This document shows positions 36,614 through 44,796 of a stretch of 64,000 bases of DNA, in pieces. The stretch comes from Dehalococcoidia bacterium (lineage in GTDB: Bacteria > Chloroflexota > Dehalococcoidia > Lucifugimonadales > Lucifugimonadaceae): assembly GCA_965220275.1 (NCBI GenBank), contig CBDCPN010000019.1, forward strand, positions 89,036 to 153,035. Reading direction: 5' to 3'. Numbering within the stretch: the stretch's first letter is position 1; each line of letters opens with the position of its first letter. Under the pieces are notes generated by a model. It was given only the letters and a program-made list of their open reading frames with translations, was not told where the DNA came from and made no database searches. Both the position numbers and the translations under genes were made by a program.

Positions 36614-38668
36614 TTGGCCAGGCGCGGAGAGATGGCACTTTCAACACTTCCAACAACCGATGCGCCAGATGAGTCAACCCATCAGCTGAGCCTGCCAGAA
36701 GAACTCATCCTTTCGCTCCTCAACGAGGAGAGCGGCTACTTCCACCAGGTGCCTGGCTGGAATTTGAACTGCGCCGTCATCGGCGCCGTCCTTGCGGAAC
36801 TCTCGCTTAGGTCGCACATAGACACGGACATGGAGGCCCTTTTCCTCCTGAACCGGACGGAAACGGGTGATCCAGCACTGGATCCTATCCTCGCCGAAAT
36901 CACGAGCGGTCCTGCTCGGCGTAACGCCCAATTCTGGATCGAAAAGCTTGCCCCCCATGCTGAGTCGATCATTGATTTGACTTTGCAGCGGTTAGTAGAC
37001 CTTAACGTTCTGGAATATCACGACGGCGATTTCTACACGCTGGCACGCGGCGCCGGGCAGTTGGGACCGCCAGACGGCTCCCAACCGGGCGCCGGCGCAG
37101 AGTTTGTCAAGACGCGGATCAGCAGGGCCATTTTCGAGAACGAGATCCCTCACCCTCGCGACGTAATCATCATCTGCCTGATCAACACATGCGATGTGTT
37201 TCGGTTTATGTTCCAACTGGACGAAGAATCTGAGGAACGCATCGAGTTCATTTGCAAGATGGACCTGATCGGCCGGTCGATCGCCGCCGCTGTCGCCGAA
37301 AACCTCGCCGGTCCGTTGCTTCGACATTCGGCATTGTCTAAAGAAATTCCGGCTGTCTCCCTGCGCAAGTTGGCGCTCCATCCACATATACGCAGCGGCA
37401 ACGTTCCCGCGCTGTTCGCGGACCTCGCGCATGAGTACGGACCGGTGTTCCAGGTCCGTCCACCTTTTGCCAAGCCCATGATCATCCTGGCCGGGTTGGA
37501 GACCAATCGCTGGGTGCACCGGCGAGGGCGCATGTACCTGAGAACCAGGGACTATTTTGCTGACTTCGAAGCTGTCTACGGTGCGTCGGGGGTTTTGCCA
37601 TCCCTGGACGGCGCCGATCACTTCCGCCTCCGTAAGTCTCTGGGACCGGCCTACTCGCGGGGGCGGCTCGAAGGGCAATTGGACCAACTCTACGCCCAAT
37701 TCCGCGGACATGTCGCCGACTGGAAGGTTGGCGACAACTTAAATGCGACCAGCATGTGCAGGCAGATTGTCAATGCTCAGCTTTCGCCGCTCTTCATCAG
37801 CGTGGATTCTCAGGACATCTTCGAAGACCTGACGAAGTACAAGGAACGGGCGCTCAGCACGCACGTATTGAAGATCCTGCCCAAATTCATGCTCAAGACC
37901 CCGGGCATGAGACGCCGCGCGAAGTCGATCGATACATTGCTTGAACGCGTCCAGAACGTCCACACGTCCGCCCAACGTTCCGAAACAAGTCGTGACCTGG
38001 CGGACGACTTGCTGAGCCTGCACGCGAGCGATCCGCAATTCGTTCCCGAGTCGAATTTGCGATTCGCGCTTTCGGCCGCGCTGATCGCCAGCGTGTACCT
38101 CGGCGACGCCCTCAGCTTCGCGGTGTACGCGATGGCGGCGCAGCCTGAGATCTACCGCAAGATCCAGGATGAAGCTGACGCCCTGTTCGACAACGGAGAT
38201 CCGGCCGGCAATGACTTCAAACCTGCCAATATTGACGTCACGCACCGCTTTCTCATAGAGACCTTGCGGATGTACCCGATCGTCCCGATGTCCGTCCGGA
38301 ACGTGATGAATTCTTGCGTGGTTGAGGGCTACGAAATACCCGTCGGATCGCGGATCTTCATCGCCCAATCCGCTTCACATTACATGGACGATATCTTCCC
38401 TGACCCCCACACGTTTGATATCGACCGCTATCTGCCGCCGCGCAATGAGCACCTCAGCCCGGGATATGCGCCGTACGGGCTTGGCACCCACATGTGCCTC
38501 GGCTCCCGGTGGATGCAACTGCAAATGGCCATCAACGTACTCATGCTCGCCCACTATTTCAATGTCGAAGTCAGCCCTTCAAACTACAAGCTCAAGATCA
38601 ATCCAATACCGTCCATGAAACCGAGCAAGAAGCTGAGGTTCCGCATCGCGGAGCGGAGACGGAATTAG
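36614..38668 (+). CDS. Fusion protein: N-terminal GPP34/GOLPH3-like domain plus C-terminal cytochrome P450
   Basis: N-terminal part: LSLPEELILSLLNEESG, AVIGAVLAELSLRS and TGDPALDP match the bacterial GPP34 family pattern. C-terminal part: ExxR (ETLR), PDPHTFDIDRY, and heme loop PYGLGTHMCLG (Cys codon 38495-38497). The start is uncertain (TTG at 36614 or ATG at 36632). Confidence 0.85.
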   Translation: MARRGEMALSTLPTTDAPDESTHQLSLPEELILSLLNEESGYFHQVPGWNLNCAVIGAVLAELSLRSHIDTDMEALFLLNRTETGDPALDPILAEITSGPARRNAQFWIEKLAPHAESIIDLTLQRLVDLNVLEYHDGDFYTLARGAGQLGPPDGSQPGAGAEFVKTRISRAIFENEIPHPRDVIIICLINTCDVFRFMFQLDEESEERIEFICKMDLIGRSIAAAVAENLAGPLLRHSALSKEIPAVSLRKLALHPHIRSGNVPALFADLAHEYGPVFQVRPPFAKPMIILAGLETNRWVHRRGRMYLRTRDYFADFEAVYGASGVLPSLDGADHFRLRKSLGPAYSRGRLEGQLDQLYAQFRGHVADWKVGDNLNATSMCRQIVNAQLSPLFISVDSQDIFEDLTKYKERALSTHVLKILPKFMLKTPGMRRRAKSIDTLLERVQNVHTSAQRSETSRDLADDLLSLHASDPQFVPESNLRFALSAALIASVYLGDALSFAVYAMAAQPEIYRKIQDEADALFDNGDPAGNDFKPANIDVTHRFLIETLRMYPIVPMSVRNVMNSCVVEGYEIPVGSRIFIAQSASHYMDDIFPDPHTFDIDRYLPPRNEHLSPGYAPYGLGTHMCLGSRWMQLQMAINVLMLAHYFNVEVSPSNYKLKINPIPSMKPSKKLRFRIAERRRN
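36686..37300 (+). other. GPP34/GOLPH3-like domain of the P450 fusion (approximate borders)
   Basis: See the parent CDS. The pattern LPEEL.L..L.eesG ... GAVLAELsLr ... TGDP.LD ... W is the hallmark of GPP34-family proteins. Confidence 0.7.
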
Positions 38669-38711
38669 TGTGCTGAGGGCAGCCCGTCAGGCCGGGCAAT
38701 AAGCAGACTGC

Positions 38712-39749
38712 CTAATGGGGCTTGCGGGCCAGGAAACAATATAACGGCGTGAAGACCCCGGCCCTGCCGCCCGCAACATAGGCGTTGGCGGTACGGTCCA
38801 GCAATCTGACAACGTCTGCGGAGCCATTAGGGAACACCCCCAGTTTTTCGGCCAGCCTGGTCGCGCCAATGATCGCCTTGCGGCCCAGCGGAATCCTGCG
38901 AAGTGCGTTGCCCAGCGTTCCGTGCCTGGTCTCCATGGGCTGGTACCACGGCGTGGTCGGGCCGTTCTCCCCTATCGCCCGGTCAATCCCCTCGATCACC
39001 TCAAATCCCACCGATTCGAGCGCCCGGTTCACCTCGCCCGTTGTCGCAATGTCCTTGAGGGCGATGCCTTGCATCAGATCACGCTTGATGACGCGGTGCC
39101 GGTTATCGTCGGGATCGAACTTGTCCGTCATGCACATTTCCTGACCCCAGAAGAGGGCTCCCGGTTTCAGCACGCGGTAGATTTCGGCAAACGCTGCCAT
39201 CTTGTCCGGTGCATGGCAAGTCGATTCGATCGCGTAACCCCTGTCGAACGTGTCGTCCGTGACGGCGTCCATGTCCGTGAAGCTGCACGCGAGGTAATCG
39301 ATCATGTGGTCGAGCCCCGCTTCGGCATTCAACGATTTCGCCTTTTCCAGCTGGACTTCACTGTTGTTTACCCCGACGACCCTGACACCGGACTCTCGGG
39401 CCACACGACGCATCGGGCCACCGATCCCGCATCCGACGTCCACTACTGTCATGCCCTTCCGCAACTCCAGCTTGCCGATCATCAGCCGCTGATGCCGAAT
39501 CTTGGATTCTGCCAGGGTCTCCCCGGGCGATAACGGCGCAAAGTGCAGGGACTCGCCCCAACCGAACACCATGAAATCGCTGCAGAGGTCGTAATACTCC
39601 TTGACGGTTTCGGTGTGGTCATAGCCTCTCGCACCACCATCTTCCGCGGACGCTCTCTCTATCCAACCGTCGTATCGTTGGACTCGACCGGAAACGTCCG
39701 ACCCGCGGTATGCGGCCTTCAGGCCGTTGTACAGTTCACGAATTTGCAT
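38712..39749 (-). CDS. Sterol 24-C-methyltransferase (ERG6/SMT)-like SAM-dependent methyltransferase
   Basis: Aligns by eye along its whole length with yeast ERG6. EYYDLCSDFMVFGWGESLHF matches FYEYGWGSSFHF. VVDVGCGIGGP matches LDVGCGVGGP. YAIESTCHAP matches YAIEATCHAP. The C-terminal tail is VAGGRAGVFTPLYCFLARKP. Confidence 0.85.
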   Translation of the reverse strand: MQIRELYNGLKAAYRGSDVSGRVQRYDGWIERASAEDGGARGYDHTETVKEYYDLCSDFMVFGWGESLHFAPLSPGETLAESKIRHQRLMIGKLELRKGMTVVDVGCGIGGPMRRVARESGVRVVGVNNSEVQLEKAKSLNAEAGLDHMIDYLACSFTDMDAVTDDTFDRGYAIESTCHAPDKMAAFAEIYRVLKPGALFWGQEMCMTDKFDPDDNRHRVIKRDLMQGIALKDIATTGEVNRALESVGFEVIEGIDRAIGENGPTTPWYQPMETRHGTLGNALRRIPLGRKAIIGATRLAEKLGVFPNGSADVVRLLDRTANAYVAGGRAGVFTPLYCFLARKPH

Positions 39750-39989
39750 GAGCGCCCTTCAATTAGACAGAGGCAAGTGGTTTGTTCGCCCGAGCAATGC
39801 ATAGATGAAACCGGACAGAATGCGGAAATCCGTCATCGCGGGCAAAGACATAGTTTGCTCCTCTTATGCCCGGTCTCACGTTTCGCGCCAGGATCGCCGA
39901 CTTGCAGCGACTCTTGCTGTAGCCGATCGACGGAGTTGAGAATATTACTGTCGGCATCACCGGCGATAGCGCACCCAAGTACCGGTTCA

Positions 39990-41063
39990 TCACGCCGTCC
40001 CGTTGGCGTCGCTACGGCCTGGACCATCCCCAATCCGGGGGTCAGGATAAAACTGCGTGCAATAGGCGCGGAAGGGCATGATCTCGCCATCGGAACGGCA
40101 CAGACGCGGACGGGACTCGTAGCGCTTGCTGCGCCAGATAATCTCATCCTGCAGGACATCTGCCTTTTGCATGATTGAGATGAACTTGTTCATCACGGGC
40201 GCGCGTAGCCCGACTGGCAGAAACCCCAACCCTGCTACCCACCGTCTGGGTCCCCGTATCTCCTTGACCTGCGAGACCAGGTTCATGTCGATGAGTGTGC
40301 CATCGACGGGCGTCGCCAGGACCCATAGGCGCATGTCCATCCCGATGGACCGCTCCCTGATCTCTACGAACGAGTAGCCAAGGCCATGGATATGGGCGGT
40401 GGCTGCGACGTCAAAAGTGAGCGACGCAATTTTAGCGATCTTCTGCGTTCTTCTGAAATTGAAGCTGCTCAGGAGGTAGGCGCCGTCCACCGACACTTCA
40501 CTATCCCGGTCCACGCTGTCGTAGCCGTGGACGTAGCGCAAATGGCCCACGTCCACCGAGTTTTCTGTCGTCTCCTGGGGATGTCCCGGAAAGCGGAGAG
40601 TTTTGATCTCGATGTCGCACCACCCCTCCTGGTCGGGAGGGTCTTCCGGCAGGTCCCACTGCGGCTCCCTGCCGTCCATCCCCCACCAGGCAAAGATGAG
40701 ACCGCCAATTTCCCGCGTCGGGAAAACCCTCAACCTCGCTGTCCTGGGCGGTTCGGAGTAAGGCGTGGCGACGCACTGGCCAACCGTGTCGAACTCGTAG
40801 CCGTGGAAGGGACAGACGAGCCGGCCCTGGCATACCTTGCCGCCCGCGTCCGGCCCCATGTCGGCGCCCAGGTGCGGGCAATAGGCCCCGGCCACGCAGA
40901 CTTTTCCGCCATCGTCGATCCAGATGACGGTGTTTTCGCCCATCCAGGTCTTCTGCATGAGCTTGGCCTTCAACAAAGCCTTTCGGCTTTCGACGAAGAA
41001 CCAGCCCTCTGGAAACGGGGATAACGTCTTTGCGTACGTAAATGTCCTACGTCCCGTGGACAT
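39990..41063 (-). CDS. Rieske [2Fe-2S] non-heme-iron oxygenase, KshA/Neverland-like
   Basis: Rieske motif CPHLGADM-x-CPFHGYEF and mononuclear iron motif ENSVDVGHLRYVH (EN..D..H....H). 357 aa. No partner reductase or ferredoxin is adjacent. Confidence 0.85.
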   Translation of the reverse strand: MSTGRRTFTYAKTLSPFPEGWFFVESRKALLKAKLMQKTWMGENTVIWIDDGGKVCVAGAYCPHLGADMGPDAGGKVCQGRLVCPFHGYEFDTVGQCVATPYSEPPRTARLRVFPTREIGGLIFAWWGMDGREPQWDLPEDPPDQEGWCDIEIKTLRFPGHPQETTENSVDVGHLRYVHGYDSVDRDSEVSVDGAYLLSSFNFRRTQKIAKIASLTFDVAATAHIHGLGYSFVEIRERSIGMDMRLWVLATPVDGTLIDMNLVSQVKEIRGPRRWVAGLGFLPVGLRAPVMNKFISIMQKADVLQDEIIWRSKRYESRPRLCRSDGEIMPFRAYCTQFYPDPRIGDGPGRSDANGTA

Positions 41064-41428
41064 TGATCAAGATTCCTTACTTGGGTCTGCAGGCAGCGAC
41101 CGTGCCAGGCAACGCCCGCAAATCACGTGCCTCCCCAACGACTACGATTTCGCGGCGTCAGCGCCTGCAACACAGCCACTGGCTAACATTTTAACTACGG
41201 CTGCGCCCGGCGACCCTCGAAAGGGTCGACCACTTCTCGGTCGAATCGCGATTCTTCCGTAGTACAGTATGCCTCCGGCCTGACCAACTTCTGCATTGCC
41301 CGGTTGGCCGGGGTCAATCTGTGCCGGTCCACCGGTGTTCGTCCCGGGGCATGACGCCCACAACCTCTCCGGCGGGCTGACCAGGTTGTCATGATCGGCC
41401 CGCAAACTCTCATAGAAAGGAATCCGGC

Positions 41429-42271
41429 ATGAATTCGTCGCGAAGACCCGTCGCCGTTGTGGTGGGAGCAACGTCGAAGTGGCAGTCAGACGGGCGTAAC
41501 ACGCACATGATCCACGGCAAGACGCTCGACGATAGCGAACTGCCCGTCGGGGTGCGTTGGGGCGTTGGAGGCGCCGTCGCCCTGAAGTTTGCGTCACAGG
41601 GCTTCTTCACGGTTCTAACCACCCGCAAGGCGTCAAACGCCTCCGCGCTGGCCGAGGGCATACGGCAACAGGGCGGCGAAAGCATGATCGTCGAGATGGA
41701 CCTGGCGTCACGGGACTCCATATCAAATGCGTTCGCCGGGATACGGGAACAGGTCGGCGATCCGCACGCGCTGGTCTACAACGCCGGCTATCTGGAGGGG
41801 CGGGACCTCCCGCCGGAGAAGGAACTGCTGGAGCACATCCCGTACGAAATGTTTGAAACCGCGCACCACATCTCCAGCAGCGGACCGTTCCTGGTAGCCA
41901 AGGAAGTCTTGCCCGCGATGCGGGAGCGGGGAGAAGGCTCCTTCCTGATTTCGAACAACGCGTGGTCTTTGCGTGGCAAGAAGCGGTACACCGGCGAGTC
42001 GTTCTATTACCCGCGGGTGATGATGCGGACGTTGGCACAAGTGTTGACGGAGGAGTACTCCGAGCACGGCGTGCACGTTGCAAATGTGGTTATAGACGGC
42101 ACCATCGATTCACCGGGGACACGAGCCCTCCCGCGATTCCAGGAGCGCCCCGAGTTGCTCATTAATCCCGCCCAAATAGCCGAAGCCTTCTACTATCTCC
42201 ACACGCAGGACAAGTCCTGCTGGACGCACGAAATCCAGTTGACCCCATATTCCACGAAACCCAGTGTCTAG
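41429..42271 (+). CDS. Atypical SDR-like NAD(P)-dependent oxidoreductase
   Basis: Rossmann start VAVVVGATSKW, then an insertion of about 27 aa before GVGGAVALKFA. The region aligned to the catalytic Y-x3-K reads FYYPRVMMR, with no Lys. Transcribed divergently from the Rieske oxygenase gene. Confidence 0.65.
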   Translation: MNSSRRPVAVVVGATSKWQSDGRNTHMIHGKTLDDSELPVGVRWGVGGAVALKFASQGFFTVLTTRKASNASALAEGIRQQGGESMIVEMDLASRDSISNAFAGIREQVGDPHALVYNAGYLEGRDLPPEKELLEHIPYEMFETAHHISSSGPFLVAKEVLPAMRERGEGSFLISNNAWSLRGKKRYTGESFYYPRVMMRTLAQVLTEEYSEHGVHVANVVIDGTIDSPGTRALPRFQERPELLINPAQIAEAFYYLHTQDKSCWTHEIQLTPYSTKPSV

Positions 42272-42397
42272 CTTTCGACGTTCTTTAGCGGCACCGCCCC
42301 TTTTGGTTGTCCTGCGGCCAGCCATGGAACGTGATGTGACTGACGTAGAATGCCGTGACCCCGGACGAATTCTGAGATCGTCCCAGGGTCATCGAAC

Positions 42398-44125
42398 ATG
42401 AACGAGTCAATTCGTTACGAGGCCGAAGAGGCGTGCCCGCCCATGGTGGCCCTGGGAGTCGGACTCCAGGGCGCAATATTCGGGCTCGCGCCACTCGTGC
42501 TCATCGTGGCGATTACCGCCCGGGCCGGAGGTCAAGACGAAAGTTACCTGTCGTGGGCGGTGTTCGCGGCGCTCATCATCGCCGGGTGCCTGACAGCGCT
42601 CCAGGCCAGCCGGATCTGGCGACTTGGAGCCGGGCACATCCTCATCATGGGGGCCACGCCCAATTTCGTCGCGATCTCCGTTCTGGCGTTGACGGCTGGG
42701 GGCCCTGCTTTGCTGTCGAGCCTCATAGTCGTGTCCTCGTTGGCGTATCTCGCGCTCGCATTATGGCTCCCGCTTCTGCGCCGAATCATCACCCCAGTTG
42801 TTTCCGGCACGGTGTTGATGCTGATCGCCGTTTCAGTCCTGCCGGTTGCGCTGGACAGAGTCCAGGAGACTGCCGAAGGCGCGCCCGCCGCCGCCGGCCC
42901 GGTTGTCGCTGCAGTAACGCTGGCGATGATCGTTGGTCTTGCGATGCGTGTCTCCGGGGCCTGGCGGCTCTGGTCGCCGATCATCGGGATTGGAGTCGGC
43001 TGCGTAGTGGCGGCGTTGTTCGGAGCGTATGAGATTCAACGGGTGATCGATGCGCCCTGGTTCGGGACGTCCGGAGCCGGGTTTGCCGGATTCGACCTTA
43101 CGCCCGACGCAAGTTTCTGGGCGCTCCTGCCGGTGTTCGTAGTTGTGATGCTTGTGGGAGGCATCAAGAACATCGGGGACAGCGTCGCGATCCAGCAGGC
43201 CTCGAGGCGCGCACCGAGGGTCACCGACTTTCGCCTGGTACAGAGTTCGCTCAAGACGAATTGGCTGGGCATACTGACGTCCGGCATTGCAGGGACTCCA
43301 CCTACAACCGTCTATTCCTCGTCCAGCGTGTCCCTCGCCAACCTGACCGGAGTCGCAGCGCGTAACGTCGGGTACGTCATCGGCGGCGTATTCATCCTGC
43401 TGGCGTTGTTCCCGAAACTGCCGGCGGTATTGTTGACCATACCCGCCCCCGTCATGGGAGCGTACATACTGATGGCGATCGGCCTGATCTTCGTTGAAGG
43501 CATACGGACGGTCGTCCAGGCCGGACTGGACGCCCAGAAGGTAATGGTGGTCGCTATTGCGTTCTCGTTGGGCGCAGGCATCGAGAATCAGACCATTTTT
43601 GCCGACCTTGTGGGAGGTACGTGGGGCGGACTGCTCGACAACGGCATGCTGGTTGGCGCCCTGGCCGCCATACTGATGACCGTCTTCCTGGACCTGACGA
43701 ACCCCCGCAAAGGAGGTCGCCTGCAGGTCAAGCTGGACGCGACCGCGCTACCCCAGATCGACAAATTCGTCCGTGATCATGCGGCCAGGCTCGGCTGGAA
43801 CCCGGCAGCCACCGAGCGGCTCAGTTCGGCCGCGGAGGAGACGCTCTTGACGCTGGTCCAGGCGGGAGAGGACCGCCCCGGCGATGATGCGCCAAGCCTG
43901 ATAGTCGTCACACGGCCCGACGCGGGACAGGTCGAGATGGAGTTCCTGGCCGTCTTTGACGAAGAAAACCTAGAGGACCGGCTGGCGTACTTGAGCGAAG
44001 AGACGGAGGGGGTGGAGGAGGGCGAAATTTCCCTCCGCCTGCTGCGGCACCACGCATCGTCCGTCCAACACCAGAAGTATTACGGCCTGGACATCGTCAC
44101 CGTGCAGGTCAAGGGCTCGCGTTAA
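42398..44125 (+). CDS. NCS2/SLC23-like (xanthine/uracil/vitamin C permease family) transporter with a soluble C-terminal extension of about 140 aa
   Basis: About 430 aa of polytopic membrane domain with NCS2-like organisation, followed by the hydrophilic tail RLQVKLDATALPQIDKFVRDHAARLGW...VTVQVKGSR. Confidence 0.65.
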   Translation: MNESIRYEAEEACPPMVALGVGLQGAIFGLAPLVLIVAITARAGGQDESYLSWAVFAALIIAGCLTALQASRIWRLGAGHILIMGATPNFVAISVLALTAGGPALLSSLIVVSSLAYLALALWLPLLRRIITPVVSGTVLMLIAVSVLPVALDRVQETAEGAPAAAGPVVAAVTLAMIVGLAMRVSGAWRLWSPIIGIGVGCVVAALFGAYEIQRVIDAPWFGTSGAGFAGFDLTPDASFWALLPVFVVVMLVGGIKNIGDSVAIQQASRRAPRVTDFRLVQSSLKTNWLGILTSGIAGTPPTTVYSSSSVSLANLTGVAARNVGYVIGGVFILLALFPKLPAVLLTIPAPVMGAYILMAIGLIFVEGIRTVVQAGLDAQKVMVVAIAFSLGAGIENQTIFADLVGGTWGGLLDNGMLVGALAAILMTVFLDLTNPRKGGRLQVKLDATALPQIDKFVRDHAARLGWNPAATERLSSAAEETLLTLVQAGEDRPGDDAPSLIVVTRPDAGQVEMEFLAVFDEENLEDRLAYLSEETEGVEEGEISLRLLRHHASSVQHQKYYGLDIVTVQVKGSR

Positions 44126-44364
44126 CCCGGCTCAACGTCAAGGCGGGTTCAAGCAACCGGACCCCACTCGAGGATGTCTCGAACCCGGGGCCGGTCTACC
44201 AATACCCTTACGACACTGCCCATAAAAGTAGTCGCGTCGGTGAATTCTCTTTCCATTTCCTGATGTCTGGTACCAGAATGCCGATCACAATGAATTGACC
44301 CGACTGTTTACTTTGGTATGCTTTCGTTTTGATACTGCAAATCTTTATTGAAGGACTTGCCCAC

Positions 44365-44610
44365 ATGGCATCGAACGCAGACCGAATCCGACAGCTCGTA
44401 GCTGACAACCTTGAAGTGGATGGCCAGCCGGTTAAACTGCCCCCGGACATGGATGTCCCACTGACTGACCTTGGCGTTTCATCCATGGATGTCGTCTCAT
44501 TCGCGAAAGTCGTCTCTAAAGAGTTCGACGTGACGTTCGCTCCCGAAGACTGCGTGAACTTGAAGACCCTCAAGGCCCTGCTCGAACACCTCGATTCCCA
44601 GGCTGCCTGA
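44365..44610 (+). CDS. Discrete acyl carrier protein (ACP-B), paralogue of ACP-A
   Basis: 81 aa with an LGVSSMD motif. Roughly 60% identical by eye to the ACP at 32912-33142. The last ~20 nt before the ATG and a TATGCT...TTCGTTT box are also shared. Confidence 0.8.
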   Translation: MASNADRIRQLVADNLEVDGQPVKLPPDMDVPLTDLGVSSMDVVSFAKVVSKEFDVTFAPEDCVNLKTLKALLEHLDSQAA

Positions 44611-44796
44611 TCCCCTCCGCTCAGCAGCGCCCGTCCGACTCCGCCCACACGAGCAGGCGGAGTCGTTTCATGTGATCACGCGCTGCAGCACACTTTCACG
44701 ACAAACTCATTTTGGGCGTGACCTGCTGGGGTGCAGGCAGGCGCGCGACTCTGACGTGAGCAACGCTGTGGTGCCCCGAGCCATTTGAACGACGGG

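Noticed and set aside
38669-38711. Intrinsic terminator between the convergent P450 and SMT genes
   Set aside because: Only short (5-bp) imperfect stems are present (GCCCG...CGGGC, GGCAG...CTGCC), with no T-tract on either strand. That is not enough to call.
41243-41254. 12-bp perfect palindrome GAATCGCGATTC in the Rieske/SDR divergent promoter region, considered as an operator
   Set aside because: Perfect 12-bp palindromes are expected by chance roughly a dozen times in 64 kb, and no regulator is nearby. It is mentioned only as context in the Rieske/SDR finding.
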